Assembly: GCA_904063045.1 (NCBI GenBank)
Contig: CAJFCJ010000005.1
Location: forward strand, 243,310 to 307,309
Source of the DNA: Dimorphilus gyrociliatus
Taxonomy: Eukaryota; Animalia; Annelida
Reading direction: 5' to 3'
Length of the DNA stretch: 64,000 nucleotides
In this document: piece by piece, positions 9,344 to 21,464 of the stretch
How positions within the stretch are numbered: the stretch's first letter is position 1
How the letters are laid out: every line of letters begins with the position of its first letter
Notes under the pieces: generated by a model
What the model was told of the DNA's origin: nothing
Seen by the model: the letters and a program-made list of their open reading frames with translations, nothing else
Database searches by the model: none
Program-made: the position numbers and the translations under genes

Positions 9344-12300
9344 ATGAATCAATTACTTAACATTGTAAGGAAATATTCTCCTCTTTCCAGAATTGATGAT
9401 ACAGGATTTGGTAGACTGCAAAATGATATAAATTGCGTTGTTTTCAACGCTCCAGTCTCTTATCAAGACGTTATTAATCTTATACAATGCTGTAAATATG
9501 AAATTTGTTCTAAGGATGGTTTTACTTCAAATTCCTGCGGAGAACAAGCGTTAAACAGAGTTGTTCTATTTTTAGTTACTGCAATAGCTCAGTATGTTAT
9601 TCGAGTATTATTTTTTATTTTACATATTTGAAATAGTTGTTATTGTTTTTAAAACAGGAATTTTTCAATGAATATTCAATACTTATATGGAATTTATAAA
9701 GAATTATTTGATGTTTATATATATGTATACGAAGGAGATTTTATATCGTCAGGAGTCTATCAAACTCTAAATTTTCTTACAAATAATCCATACCAAGACC
9801 AATACTTGCAGGTATTAATAACATATTAATATTCAATTGGTAATTTATTCATATGTCCTTCTCTTAAAGACTCAATTCAATGAATTTTATATAAGAAAAT
9901 TACTGAAGGCGTTATGCCAACATTTTCAACCAAAAGCACAAGATAGAGCAGTTGGAGAATGGCAGTCGAACTTTTGTAATAATCTCTATCATATTTTCAA
10001 CCTAATGTCGTACGTATAGACACATCTTGTCGTATTATCTCTTTCTTATTCTTAATGTTTACTTTAACAGAAAGGTTGAACTTGAAAAGTGTAAATATGA
10101 CATTACAGAAGCATTATTATATTGGACTGATATAAGTATGGGATGCCCAGAAAATGATCAATCAAAGCAGCTTATCTTTGATTTTTCAACAAATATGATT
10201 GTTTTTTTAGACTGTACTGCTAAATTGATAATTCAATATCCAAATAGCCATTCACTTTATTATGTAAGAATTTAGAAAGATAAAATAGCAATTTTATAAT
10301 AAACAACTACTTTTAGGGTCTAAGCGATGAAGCCTTCGATTCTCTTTTAACAAGGATTCAAAGGATACTACTAACGCCAGATTTTCCTCAAAATTCTAAC
10401 GTAAATAATGCTATGATGCTATTAGTGCAAGATTGTTTGGCAGACTTTGTCCTGTAATAAATAAATAACAGAATTCTTCAGTTATAGTTCAATTTTTCAG
10501 AAAAAGTACAGATAATAAGATATTATGTAAGATTTATGGTTTATATACAAAATTACGTACGTCACCAAAATGGGAAGTACAAAATTTAATAGAAGACATG
10601 GAGGAACCATTCAGTGAAAAGATGAAATCAATTAAAGTAAGTTTAAAAGTGTTGAAATATTAAAAAAAGAAATTATACAAGTTTGAATTGTTTCTTTAGT
10701 TGACAGATTATGGAATGAAAAGTGAATTTGATATATTCCTCGATGAATTAAAATCATTAAATAACACACGAGCAGTAAATGAATTTGTTCAGAGACACGA
10801 GGACAAATTTAAGGAAGAGTATCTTCCGATTTTAAGGTAGTAGTATAGGTTATGAATAATATTCTAACGCCAATTTATCACTCTCTCTTTCTCTCTCTCT
10901 TTAGTAGCAACGTCGACAAATTTAAAGAATATTCATTAAATCTAATTGCAAATCCTTATTCATACATTTGTTGTAGTTTTTTTGAAAAATATGTTGCCAA
11001 GAGTAAATTAGTAAACTTTAAAGAAAATCCACAATTATTAAGTTTTCTATTCGATGAAATGTATAAAGCAAACTGCGGCTATTACCAAGACTCTAAAGAT
11101 GGATTTTGGGCAATTGGTAGAGGCATTCTAGGCGCAATTGAGTAGGTTAATTAATTTTCTAGATTCTTTAACGGAATATTCATAATCAATAATAATTTAT
11201 TATTAGAAAACAAGGCTTACTACAAAAGTTAAAGAAAGATCTATATGAATTTGTTGATAGAATGTACGATCTTCCTTTGCATCCTTATCATTATAGCGTT
11301 TGCTTTATTTCTTATAAACTTGATTGGAAGGTAAAATATAGAAATTATTGTAATAATAATTAATAAATAACCAATAATTAATCTCTTTTAGGGTGAATTC
11401 GATAAACTTGATAGAATTTTGAAAAAGTTAAAAAAACTATTGGAAAGAGATCATAGTCATTTCTATAAAAATGATATAATTGTTCAAGTGACCCAATTCG
11501 TCTTTGAATATTTTCATAATTCAAATGGGTACAATACCGTTTAATTCGTAATATTTTTAGTTTTTCTAATAATTATTTATCTACAGCAAAAATAAAAAGA
11601 TCATTGAATTTACAAGCGATTTTGCAGATCTGTTTAACTATTGTTTTACATTACCTTGGGCGATTGATTTAAAAGATGAGAGGTTGGAAGGTAAACACGT
11701 CGATCTGGAAAAGAGGAGAACGTTAGCTGGACAAATTTTAATACATTTTATGAGAGATATTTACAAAACAGTTAATAAAGAGAAATCTAATTCATTCTTT
11801 ATAAATATTCTCTATATGTTTCATATTTCAGAATAGAGATTTCGATGATTTCATAAAACCGATTGTTGGCACTGTAAAACGGATTAAAAATCAGAATGAT
11901 GATGAAATTTTACAGGTTATTATTCCTTTTCAAAGAATAGAGATATACGTAATTTTAATATAATAGGAACATGCTGCCACATTTTTAAGAAGCATTGCAG
12001 ACAAATTAGACCTTCTCGGCAATGAAGCTGGCGAAGAAATCATCAAGGAATATGTGGAGAGTCGTGATATTAGCCAATTCCGTAAGAGATATATACATAT
12101 AGAGTATATATACATGCTTTATTATTTGTTTACTTTAAAAACAGCCAATATTGTTGATATGTATCCCAATTATTGCGATGCTATCTACAAAAATCTTGAA
12201 ATTTTTGTGGATATTGTAAAGGAAGATGAAGAGCTAAGTACATGGAACATGACTCAATTATTGAATAAGATAGTTCACAATGACTATGCCAAAATTAATA

Positions 12301-14480
12301 ACAATATCTTCAAATATATGATGAGTCTTTTCGATTCGAAATATGGTCCGTCACTTATAGAAGCTTATAGAAAATTAGCTACAGCTCGATTTAGCTACTT
12401 TCAAGACTATCATACTAAAATTATGAACACTGTTAAATCTTACGAATATGGTAGTTCTTACTTACCTCTTTTACCAGACTTATGTCAAACTGAGCAACTA
12501 ACCAAATCTTATACCAAATTGGTCTGGGATAAAATAAAAGTTACTGCTCCAGAATATGTTAATACTGTATTCGCTGCTCTAAGAGAAATTGCTTTACGAA
12601 ATAAAAGTGCTGTTGCTGTTTACAAATCAGATTTGGAAAAGATGAAAGATAATCCTAAGATTCATGACCAAGTTCTTGGAATTTTGGATGTTTTAGAAGG
12701 TAGAACTTTGGAAAAAGTAACAAATGATATTGATGAACAAAGAGAGGACATTGAGAATCTCGATTCCAGAGTCACTGAAAATGAAGAAAAGATTGTTGTT
12801 CTCGATGCCGATGTTAAAGAAACAAAGAAAGATGTTGCTGCTGTAAAATTAGATATGAAGGAAGCAAAGAAACGCCTTGGTCAAATTGAATATACAATGA
12901 AAGGACTCGACGAAAGAGTTGAACAACTAAATCATATGACTCTATCACACGCTCCAGCATGGTCTCGTCATGTTTCAGAGTTAATGAATGTCAAGTCTGA
13001 TAATGATTGGAGACTTCTCTCTATGAAATTGAACTATTCTAATGATGATATTCGAAATTGGGCTACTCAACCAGATCCTTGTCTGTCAATGTTGGACGAA
13101 TGGTTCGCTACACACAAAACTAGAGAAGCTACTTTTGCTATTTTAAATAATTTGAAAGAAATGAACAGACTCGACGCTGCAGAAATTGTGGAAAATGCTT
13201 TAGCTGATGTAAAAAATGTTGTTAAAGATGATAAAGATGAAGAATTTGAAAAACCTGAAATATTCCTCAGCTATCAATGGGGACATCAACAAGAAGCTAA
13301 AATGTTAAAGAAACACCTAGAGATGGCCGGCTTTAAAGCCTGGATGGACATTGGTCAAATGGGTGGAGGCGATAAACTATATGCAAAAATTGATGATGGT
13401 GTAAGATCAGCTAAAGTAATCATTAGCTGTGTAAGTGAGAAATATGCAAAATCAGCCAATTGTTGTAGAGAAGTAAATCTATCAACTAACCTTGGTAAAC
13501 CAATGATTCCTTTACTTATGGAAAAACTCCAATGGCCGCCTGCTGGTCCGATGGGTCCAATTATGTCGGAATATCTATATGTTCAATTCTACAAAAATGG
13601 AGGCATGCAAAAAGGTGATACTGTATTTTGGATGCCTCCTAAATTTCAAGAGCTACTGATGCAAATTCGGTACTATGTTGTTCCTGATATGAAATTAATA
13701 ACTAAAGATTCTCCATATGCTGGATGGATGAATCCACCTGAAGAAATTATAATAATACCAAAGAGAGAGCAAAAGGCTATAGAATCTAAAAAATCAAATA
13801 CTAAAAATGAGGCAGAAGTGATAAGTCCCGATGTTTTCATCTCTTATCAATGGGATAAACAACCTCAAATCAAACGCCTATATAAGAAGTTGAGTGGATT
13901 GGGATATCATTGTTGGCTGGACATAATGCAAATGGGTGGTGGAGATTCACTATTTGATAAAATTGATAAAGGAATCAGAGGTTGTAGAGTTGTTATTTCC
14001 TGTGTCACACCGAAATATGCTTTAAGTGCTAATTGTCGAAGAGAAGTTTCATTATCGGGAGCATTAAATAAACCAATCATACCATTATTATTGGACAATA
14101 TGAAGTGGCCTCCAGAGGGACCAATGTCAATGGTATTTACTCAACTGTTATATATAGGTTTTCACAGGAAGAAAGATGATAAACTATGGGAAGGCGATGA
14201 ATTTAATCAATTGATTTCGAAAATTGATATGAATGCACCTGGTGGCAAAAATGAGCAGCAATCATCTAGCAAAGCAATAAACAATGAAACTGAAAAGAAA
14301 AATACACAGACAAAGAAAACGGATGAAGAGTCTAAGAAAGAAGAGAAAAATGTTGGAGATGAAGCCAAACAGCCTGAACAGTCTCCTCAACCTAAACAAA
14401 GAGATAACTCTGAACCCTCATCTCATAATACTAACAATACCCCTCCGCCTAAAACATCATCGACATGTAATATTCTATAA
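9344..14480 (+). CDS. Paralog A: multi-exon helical N-terminus + coiled coil + DEATH + TIR + TIR + CaaX protein
   Basis: Exons joined by GT-AG introns (e.g. 9592-9657, 9812-9869, 12082-12144). First exon (..KYSPL..) is homologous to the first exons at 57865 and 63580. Last exon has heptad repeats, a DEATH motif (DWRLLSMKL...MLDEWF...LKEMNRLDAAEIVE), two TIR_2-like domains (IFLSYQW, VFISYQW; SANCxRE) and terminal CNIL*. Confidence 0.85.
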
Positions 14481-15566
14481 CTGTTATTTCATATTTCTTT
14501 AATTCTGTTTAAATGGATTTCTCACAACAACCTCAAATTAAAGTGCAGGGTTAGGTTTGGGACAAATTCAATTTCATTCAGTAAGAAAACGAAAGAAATA
14601 ACTTTATTGAACGTTGGTTTAGGGATAGGGTCGGAATCTATAAAAACGGGATGTATAATATCATAGTTTGATAATCATGTGAATAGGTTGTGAATCGTAA
14701 CTATTTATTAAAATTGATAAAGAAATAAGAGGATTAAAGGTTAAAGAAGAGTTAACATTTTAAAAAGTAGTAAAAAACTATTAGAGCTAATATTTAAAGT
14801 GTTTTGAATAATAAACCTATACAAAAAATTTTATTAAAATATTTTGGAATTGTATTAAACTAGTAATAAAAGAAAGTACTCCACATACCTTTCTTAAATG
14901 ATATGAAAGAAGAAGCCATTATATCAAGTAAAAGGTTGATTAATGTTTAGTTGGAATGAAAATTATCAGTCAATGTTAAATCTTTGATTAAAATCTTCAA
15001 AGATATATGCAAACAGTAGGAAATCAAGTGTTCTTTCTTCAGATAAAGAAATATAAAGAAATTATAAAAATAAATTAGTTTTGTTAGTAGTCTCTATAGT
15101 TGAGGGGAAGTTATATTAAAAATATTCTATTGAAGACGAGCTTGCTTTGAAGCTGTTTGAATACCCATAAAAAAGTTTGATGTCAAGTTTACATATGATC
15201 TAAAAATTCGTATCTTTGTATTTGTAGAATTATATAAGAGATTTCCAACCGCCCCATTCGCTATAAAAGACTTCTTTGTATACAAACTCCCTCGATTTTT
15301 TATGTAATTTTAAGAAATATGTATCATTTCAAGGTGAAAGAAGGTGAAGAATTTTCCCTCCATTTGATATACGCGACACTTAGAGTAAGGAATGTAAAAT
15401 ATGAACATTTTATTCTGAAAATTCAATTTTCTTCTCGTCAATTAACTATTTAAAATATACAAAAAAGATAAAATGCCATTTCAAACAAACACATATACTA
15501 TGGAATTTGCATTTACAGTTTATCTGATATGTCTGTTATTTATGGTAGTCTTTTGTAAACTGTTAA

Positions 15567-16735
15567 TTAGAAATTCTGCAGATTAACTAGATCTTGAATA
15601 TTCAACAGCCAGCAAAATTGATTATCTTGTTTAATCTCTTTTGCTGTTGTTAATTTCTTATTGACTCTTAAAGTAGTAGTTTTGTCAGTAGATTCGCTAT
15701 TATTTACCATTCGTCTTCCTTGACGTTTGAAAAATTCAAATTGACTTTTACCAACTTGACCAAATAAACCTTCAACATTTTGGTAATCGTTTACAGCAAT
15801 TGAATAAATCTCAATATAGTAATTCAATTTATCGAGTTTTAGTTTTCTAAACGTTATCTGCGGATATCCGCCAGTTGAATTTGGATCAATTAACTTTATC
15901 TTCAAGGTATTATCATAGCAGAAAAGAGAAATTTTTGGCGAGTTCAACTGAAATACCTCTAGACAATCATTCCAGTCAATACTATAATATTTATCAACAA
16001 TTATTGCACGTGGACTTATTTTAATATTCATAAATGTAGAATTAATAAATACATTGCTGATTTTCCCTTGCTTTGAGAGGAGAGCTTGAATAGAGAATTT
16101 CTTTTGACGATCCTGATAAAGTTTTAAATGCCTCTTCTTACAAAATGAACTTAAATAGTAGCAAATATCAGAATATACTCCATGAGAGAAATCATATACA
16201 GTTTGCATAAAGAATGGTCCAACATCGTACTTGGGATTTCGTTTTGCAATCATAACTGATAGAGTTTCTTCAAAGATTCCTTCATTAAAATTACAAGTGA
16301 CTTTAATAGTTTTATTCTCATGGTTTATAACATTTTCATCGAGTAGTATATCAAGTGTAAATATAGCCGATCCAGTTAAAGGAGTTATAATAGCTGACGA
16401 AGCTCCAACTAATGTAAAACATGGATCCAAATAAGCTGAATCAATTCTATAAGAAGAAAGAGAAGAAGATAAAGATAAAGATAAAGATGAAGTATTTAAA
16501 TATTAATATATTTACCGACAAAATAAATCTTTATTTACATATTCAATAACTACATTCAAACTATCTCCAGAATATTTTACTGTTTTTCCATCTATAGATA
16601 TTATTGCCGATTTTGTATTGATTAAAACAAACAGTGTACCTGTATTAATAAACAGCAAATAATAATTATAATATTAGCGGGAACAAATTGTGTATTAAAC
16701 TCACCAAAAATAATTAAAACGGGTGATAATCTCAT
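15567..16735 (-). CDS. Secreted protein with a cadherin/Ig-like segment and an inter-alpha-trypsin-inhibitor heavy-chain C-terminal-like domain
   Basis: Three exons. ATG at 16735 gives signal peptide MRLSPVLIIFGTLFVLINTKSA after splicing (GTGAG donor). The last exon matches the ITIH C-terminal pattern by eye: DVGPFF..ICY..LKLYQD..IDW..VEGLFGQV..TLRVN..CWLL, versus DPHF..LCF..LRLIQD..SW..HGLLGQF..TLVVK..CWFV. Confidence 0.6.
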
Positions 16736-17221
16736 TGTATTTATACGCTTTACAAACGAGTTTGAAGAGTGTTTCTTACTGTGTTCTGTCAAGCTTTTAT
16801 CAAGGATATCTAAAGGAAAACGAAAGAGTAGAACACAATAAACGAAAATATTATTTAGCTATTCATTGTCTATTTCGAATTCATCTAGGGCCCATAGAAT
16901 ATCTTTAGGGTGATTGTCGGGCGAAAAAAGGAGTGAGTATAATATGTTTAGATAACATACATTCGAATTTTTCCTTATTTAGATTTCTATAAAGTTGAAA
17001 AGTTTAAGTTGATGGCCTCTATAGTTCTATATTTAACAATTCGATATATTTTATATAAAATAAATATACAATACTTATATAATAGGCCTAATGAATGAAT
17101 AAATTAATTATTTAATCGTTAATTACAAATTCTAGTTTTGGAAGAAAATAAAAAATTGAGATTAATTTTGTAATCTAAAGAGATAAAACGTTATCTAAAA
17201 CATTGGAAAAAGACGAATTTA

Positions 17222-17223
<2 letters not shown>

Positions 17224-17255
<32 letters not shown>
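17224..17255. repeat. (AG)n microsatellite
   Basis: About 16 uninterrupted AG units. Confidence 0.95.
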
Positions 17256-17258
<3 letters not shown>

Positions 17259-19193
17259 AAAATAACTAAACATCCCGTTACCTAGTTATTTATCGGATCA
17301 GACTATTATCCAGAGTTATAAAACAGTAAGGAAAGAATTGCATCCGTGCTACTTCGCTATTGAAATGTCGAGCCAAAATGAATTGATATTATTGGGCACC
17401 TCTCATTGGTTACAAGTTGTGTTGATCTTATCTATAGCGATCTTATTGAATACGGCGTCCGATAGAGAAAAACATCGGCTAGGAAAATATTAAGTTATTA
17501 AAGTATACCTGGACATTTAAGAAGAGAAGTGCTAACTCTATTTATAAAGGAAATATGAATGATAAATATTATTATCTATTGTATTTGAATATAGTTTTAT
17601 AAGAGGTTTTCGCAAGTGTGGTGCTGGTGATCATATTTCCTTTTAGCTAAATTTACTTTAATTCAATTTATTTTAATAGAAAAATACTTTACATGTTTAC
17701 TTTTTCACAGACAAACATCTATTCAAAATTCTTATGAAAATATTTGTTTAAATATTTAAAATAGTTTAGTCTAGGATTGTATGAGAGATATTTAATTTTC
17801 AAGTAATATTTAGTATCTTATACAAGATTTATTAATTATATTACATTTACATCTGCTTATTGAAACAATTGATTGTCGTGATTCTTGTTTCATTTTTTCT
17901 TTTTTCATCTCTTCCTCTTTCTCTTTCTCTCTATCATTTCTATTTTTATCAGCCTACTACAACGTTAATTTTATAAATACACATTCACTTTTACTCTCTA
18001 AAAATACAATTATACTATTCAAACAAGTAAAAAGAGATAAGAAACGAAGCAAAACGTTCCTTTTGTTGCAAATGGGCGTGTGCTCTTTTCTATATTGAAA
18101 TGAAGAAGAGAGCATAGATATCTTACTTTCAAAGTATAAAAGCCAAGAGTTCAAGAAGTAATCCTTTTTACCAAGTGCCAGATATAAATTATACATGTAT
18201 GCTGTGCATATATGTTTGATTTGTAGCTCAGCCTCGCGTCTAAGTGAGATTGAATCACTCTAAAGATATCTATATATATATACTGTATATATATTTAAAT
18301 TACGTTATTACAAACGAGTTTCAATGGTAATTGTATTCTCGAGAAGAGAAAAGTTAATCTTCCTTATATTGTCTGATCTCATACGTTGAATAATTACGAA
18401 ATATAACTACTGTCAGAGGAAGAAAATAAAATAAAATATGGTTATGATATTACAGTACTTCTATTTATGACTAATCGAGTTTTTAGATAGAAACACGACT
18501 CAAGATTTTGGAATGTGTGTATGAATATCAATTCACAGTCGTTAATGTTATGTCTCTCTCTTTTGGCTTTGCAATCTGTCTATACTCACATAATAAAATA
18601 CAATCAATTTATTTTATATTTACTGTTCATGTTATAAAATAAACGTAAAACTTATTCAATTCGGTAGTATAATAACACTTAAGATCATTTCATGTTCTCA
18701 AAGTATATAGACAATACATATTTGAATGTTCTTTCTCTTCGATATTCAAAAAAAGTTAAACACTTGTTGAACAATTGTTCAATGTAAAATTTTCAGATCT
18801 ACTGCAATCGACTTTGTCAAAGTCAGCTTTTGCAGTATTCGTTGTTGGTAATATAGAGAAATATAAATGTGTATTTAGGTAAGACGAGGAGGGTTACAGA
18901 CGGTAGCTACTCAATATTTACAAAGAGCCGAGTTAATATTCTTTATCAAAATGTATTCGAAACAACAATACTGTCCATAAAATATGACAATATTTTACTA
19001 TTGATTTTATTTTTAGTATGGTTTCTTCAATATTAAAGAGAAAAGAATAATTTCAATACTCCATTTTGATTACTACGATATAGTATTGGTTTTTGTTTTT
19101 GTTTTCTTCGTATAAAATCATAGAAGATTGGAACGTTTATCATCCTATTTTGGATAGTTAAACCTTCTAAAAACTAGGTGAATTATATAAAAT

Positions 19194-20845
19194 ATGAATT
19201 TTCATAGTTTAAAAGATAAATGCATTGAAATCATAACTGAAAATTTGGAAATAATTTATTGTTTATGCCGATCTAAAAATCTAAAAATTCCTTCAACGAT
19301 ATGCCAACTAATCTACGATTATATCAATGTAAATAACGTTGATTTTACTGATGGAAATATTAATATATTCAATGCTGAAATATCAAAATTATTAAGAATT
19401 CATCTATGCGAGAAGAAATTATTAAAATTAACAAATTTTTCATTTTTGTCGAATCATCAATTTCAAATGGTTCATTTTACAAATATTACTAATTTTCAAT
19501 CAATTATCCCTTGTATAAATCCTAAAAATATCATAGAAATCATTATTGAGAATTGTTATATAGATTTTAATGACTATAAACAATTTTTTATCAATATGAT
19601 ATCATTGAAAAAGTTACACTTATGGGATTTTAATTATGGAAATGATGAGTTTTTAAGTAAGATTTGCGATTTAAATCCTCAATTGGAAGAGTTCTATTCA
19701 TCCGATTGGATTATTAGTGATTATAGTATTGGGAAAAAATTAAAAAACTTACTAGTCTACGTCAATATTACAAAATGGCAACCGAATGAAGAGTTAATAA
19801 TGGTTAAAGATTTTAAATACTTAAAGAAGGTTGACGTATCAATATCCACTAATGAGAATTATGAAAATGAATATAAATGCATTCTAATTCAAGATGATTT
19901 ATGGAAAGATCTAGAAGTCTTTATTATAAATAATTATCATCCTAAATTTAATGAATCAATAAGGTAAAATGTTATTAATACTTTTCAAGGTTAAAAAGAA
20001 AACGGGGGCCATTGGGCTAACTCGTTCAAAATCCCATTTTCATGGTTGATTTCTTTCTAATGTTAACATAATCCTCCCTTTTCTTTTCTTCTATACCAGA
20101 GTTTTCATAAACAATCATAAGAAATTGAGATTTATTGGGTTATTATCGGATAATCCTGTTATCGATAAACGTCCAATAGTATTACGGAATTCAAGCATAA
20201 CCTTAATTTATAATGAATGTTCTCAGGTAAATGTAATAAAATCGTTCAAGATAAATTCATTTAACTTTTCATATTTTGTTTCTTTCTCTGAAGGATGCAG
20301 AATACTTGAATATGAATTATTTATATTCAATAATTGAATATATAGTTAATCATATTAGGGTCTTTTTTTACGATTGTTTATCGAAAGTTGTGGAAGAAAT
20401 GTTGACGAAAGAAATGTCGGATAATACCGATTTAAATCTATTTTATAAGGTAAGTAGAACAAATATGGCGGATAATACGACGAAATATACACATCAACAA
20501 CATTCTAACGTTTAGATCATATTTCGAATAATGGACAACTATCCTCTCGTTGAAAAGGGTAACGAAAGAGAGGATTATACGCTATTCCACTATATGCAAT
20601 GCTTTCTTATATTAGACTTCTTTAGAGAATATAATAGACTAGAATTTTTTAAATATGATTCATATTTCTGCGATCAAGAAAGGAAATTTGACGATTATTC
20701 AAGTAAATGTTGCCGTTATAACGAATGGATGGCTTATCAATTTAAACAGTGTTCATGCTATTATACAGACGGTTCAATTGTCGCTAATCAAAGCGTAAAA
20801 AGATTTCAAAACTTTTACGATAAAAAGATATTTTCATTAATTTAA
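19194..20845 (+). CDS. ZYG11/ZER1-like BC-box LRR protein (paralog 1), multi-exon; 3' end approximate
   Basis: SLKDKCIEII (BC-box) + IPSTICQLI (cullin box), degenerate LRRs. Exon 2 FINNHKKLRFIGLL resembles ZYG11-family FIxxxPxLxFVGLL. Downstream exons at 20276-20845 carry LFHYMQCF, shared with the paralogs. Confidence 0.7.
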
Positions 20846-21464
20846 AATTGATTTATTTATAATAAACATAGATATTTACTCATAGATTTACCATATTTAA
20901 GAATATCATCTGCATAGTTTTCATTACATTTACGATTTTCTAAATCATTTAGAACGAGATAAAAACTACCATTCTCCGTTCCATCCTTTAATTGAATAAG
21001 GAAAGAAACAATAGATTAAAAAAAACAAAACTATTATTGAATTCTATTTACGTAAATGATATCAGTTTCGGGAGTATCCCTTTTAAAACCTAATTTTAAC
21101 GTATGTATAGTAACCATTGCTTTGGAAATATCACGAAAAATAGTCATTATACTAATAATAGAAAAGTGTTTACAATCTTTCAATAACAGTTTTTTCATAG
21201 TAGAATCAGATTTAAGAAATATTCCATCGTAATTCCAGTTTTGCATAAATTTAAAGTCTAGTTTTTTAAGGGTTTAATAAAAAAAAAGCACAATTCAAAA
21301 CAATTGAATATTATACATTCTCTAAATTCCACAATTTCTTTTTCGATTAATAAATTCGCTCTTTGTTGAATGAAAAATATATTGTTAAAAGTGTTGAAAT
21401 AACGTTATTAATATGATATTATTACAGTTCGCTCTTTCTTCCCAGTTGAATTTCTTTATATTTA

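Noticed and set aside
12054-12144. ORF-track starts at 12054, 55134, 60658, 23080 and 31387 taken as protein N-termini
   Set aside because: They lie in introns, other frames or mid-exon; GT-AG junctions link them to upstream homologous exons.
13907-14098. Identical 63-aa ORF (MSNNNGMIGL...) found three times (also 53060 and 58806)
   Set aside because: It is the antisense reading of the near-identical TIR2 coding sequence, so its conservation is explained by the sense gene.
13255-14230. Bacterial contamination or recent horizontal transfer of TIR_2-like domains
   Set aside because: The TIRs are in the same exon as a metazoan DEATH domain and a CaaX motif, within spliced genes of host-like composition.
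16723-18196. Short intergenic ORFs (16723, 17957; also 33090-33878, 36077, 44058)
   Set aside because: 60-90 codons, often non-ATG starts, no motifs or paralog support; 44058 overlaps intron and exon pieces of the 43123 gene.
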